Below, piece by piece: positions 62,074-64,000 of a DNA stretch of 64,000 bases. Under the pieces are notes generated by a model. That model did no database searches. It was given only the letters and a program-made list of their open reading frames with translations, and was not told the DNA's origin. Every line of letters starts with the position of its first letter. The first letter of the stretch is position 1. The position numbers were made by a program, and so were the translations under genes. This stretch comes from Octopus sinensis (taxonomy: Eukaryota), in contig NC_042999.1 of the NCBI RefSeq assembly GCF_006345805.1, positions 124,186,001 through 124,250,000 on the forward strand, written 5' to 3'.

Positions 62074-63537
62074 CTAGGGCCAAAGTTTCATTCATTCACC
62101 ATAACACCTATAGGGAGCTGGTTTGGTATAATAATTTTATAGAACAATGTAGTTGCTTTAATGGTATTCTTACACAGTGAAGAAAGTCAGGATTTCATTA
62201 TATATTTCGAGAGTACTGCAGATGATAACATGAACATAAAATTATTTCAGTTACCAGCAATCTACATACACATAGATTTGAGTATATAAATAACTGAATA
62301 TTTTATTGTTTACCTAATTTTTAACATCTACTTTTCTCTGTTTGCATAGGTTATATAAGAGTATTTTGAGACAGTATTTCTACAACCAGATGTCTTTCGT
62401 CTTGTTAAACACCTCTTGTCTCCAAGTGGGATAATAATGTTCTTGTCTATCAAACAACAAGCAGCCTGAATATTATTTATGTGGAGGACTACAAACAAAC
62501 AACACCATATGAACCCTTTGTTTTCAAAAACTGCACAATATCTCAAAATATGTCTAGACGCTGGACATGTTTTTGTAATGGTCAACAAGAAAATAACATC
62601 ATCAGGAAGCTATTGTTTACAAAGTAGTGAAAGTATGGGAAACGTGAAATCATACAAATCCAAACATGCATGCACACACACATACAAACATGCATGCACA
62701 TGCACACACATACACACACACAACACATATATACGATGGGCTTGTTTCAGTTTCTGTCTACCAAATCCACTCACAAGGCTTTGGTTGGCCTGAGGCTGTA
62801 GTAGAAGACACTTGCCCAAGGTTCCATGCAGTGGGACTGAACCCAGAACCAGGTGGTTGGAAAGCAAGCTACTTACCACACAGCCACTCCTAGGGCCAAA
62901 GTTTCATTCATTCACCATAACACCTATAGGGAGCTGGTTTGGTATAATAATTTTATAGAACAATGTAGTTGCTTTAATGGTATTCTTACACAGTGAAGAA
63001 AGTCAGGATTTCATTATATATTTCGAGAGTACTGCAGATGATAACATGAACATAAAATTATTTCAGTTACCAGCAATCTACATACACATAGATTTGAGTA
63101 TATAAATAACTGAATATTTTATTGTTTACCTAATTTTTAACATCTACTTTTCTCTGTTTGCATAGGTTATATAGAGTATTTTGAGACAGTATTTCTACAA
63201 CCAGATGTCTTCGTCTTGTTAAACACCTCTTGTCTCCAAGTGGGATAATAATGTTCTTGTCTATCAAACAACAAGCAGCCTGAATATTATTTATGTGGAG
63301 GACTACAAACAAACAACACCATATGAACCCTTTGTTTTCAAAAACTGCACAATATCTCAAAATATGTCTAGACGCTGGACATGTTTTTGTAATGGTCAAC
63401 AAGAAAATAACATCATCAGGAAGCTATTGTTTACAAAGTAGTGAAAGTATGGGAAACGTGAAATCATACAAATCCAAACATGCATGCACACACACATACA
63501 AACATGCATGCACATGCACACACATACACACACACAC
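61905..63537. repeat. Near-identical tandem duplication of ~815 bp
   Basis: ATACGATGGGC at ~61915 and ~62731 (offset 816); identical ORFs 62328/63130 and 62479/63293. Confidence 0.95.
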
Positions 63538-63706
63538 ACACACGTGTATGCATTTATATAAGAGATTTTTTTTTTCAGTTTTCATTAGTCAAATTCACTC
63601 AGGTTTTGGTCAATCCAAAGCTATAGTAGAAGACACTTACCCAAGGTACTATGCAGTGGAACTGAACCCAAAGCCATGTATTTGGGAAGTAGAAAGCCAA
63701 GAAGAT

Positions 63707-63922
63707 GGCGAACTGGCAGAAACGTTAGCACACCAGCCAAAATGCTTATCGGTATTTCATCTGCCACTATGTTCGGAGTTCAAATTCCACCAAGGTCAAC
63801 TTTGCCTTTCATCCTTTCAGGGTCAATTAAATATGTACCAGTTATGCACTGTGGTCGATATAATCGACTTAATCCATTTGACTGTCCTTGTTTGTGTAGC
63901 CCCTTGTGGACAGTAAAGAAAT
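63707..63922 (+). mobile_element. SINE family B (full length)
   Basis: GGCGAACTGGCAGAAACGTTAG...GAGTTCAAATTCC...CCCTTGTGGACAGTAAAGAAATA, same tail as 42207 copy. Confidence 0.92.
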
Positions 63923-64000
63923 AAGAAAGCCAAAAAGATGTAGATCCTTCTGATATCAGATTTTCTCTGCCTATTATGAAAATAGATTTGACTTATTTCA

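Noticed and set aside
62350-62630. Plus-strand coding exon after a strong acceptor in the duplicated unit
   Set aside because: All frames hit stops soon after the acceptor; no donor or homology recognised

Overview
AT-rich, microsatellite-saturated eukaryotic DNA. The SINE families and repeat landscape suggest an octopus/cephalopod intron or intergenic region; this is an inference, not verified. No host protein-coding exon could be supported, and almost all listed ORFs are microsatellite or transposon artefacts. The centrepiece is a young, near-complete RTE-clade LINE (~32.3-36.4 kb) with APE endonuclease, reverse transcriptase and a C4HC3 PHD finger inserted into the RT C-terminal region. 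It is preceded by an ~8-unit 162-bp monomer array bracketed by oppositely oriented promoter motifs. Its 3' UTR is repetitive, and its sub-units can fold as compact H-type pseudoknots. Also present: older RTE fragments; three Penelope-like (PLE) fragments, one followed by a tRNA-like sequence and a degenerate minimal hammerhead ribozyme; two back-to-back R4/Dong-like RLE LINE ends; mariner and Tc1 relics; TTAA (piggyBac-type) MITEs; about 30 tRNA-derived SINE copies in three families; a fold-back inverted duplication of a SINE; many tiny modules inserted in (TA)n tracts; an ~815-bp tandem duplication; and a 100-N assembly gap. Family names and most boundaries are by eye and approximate.
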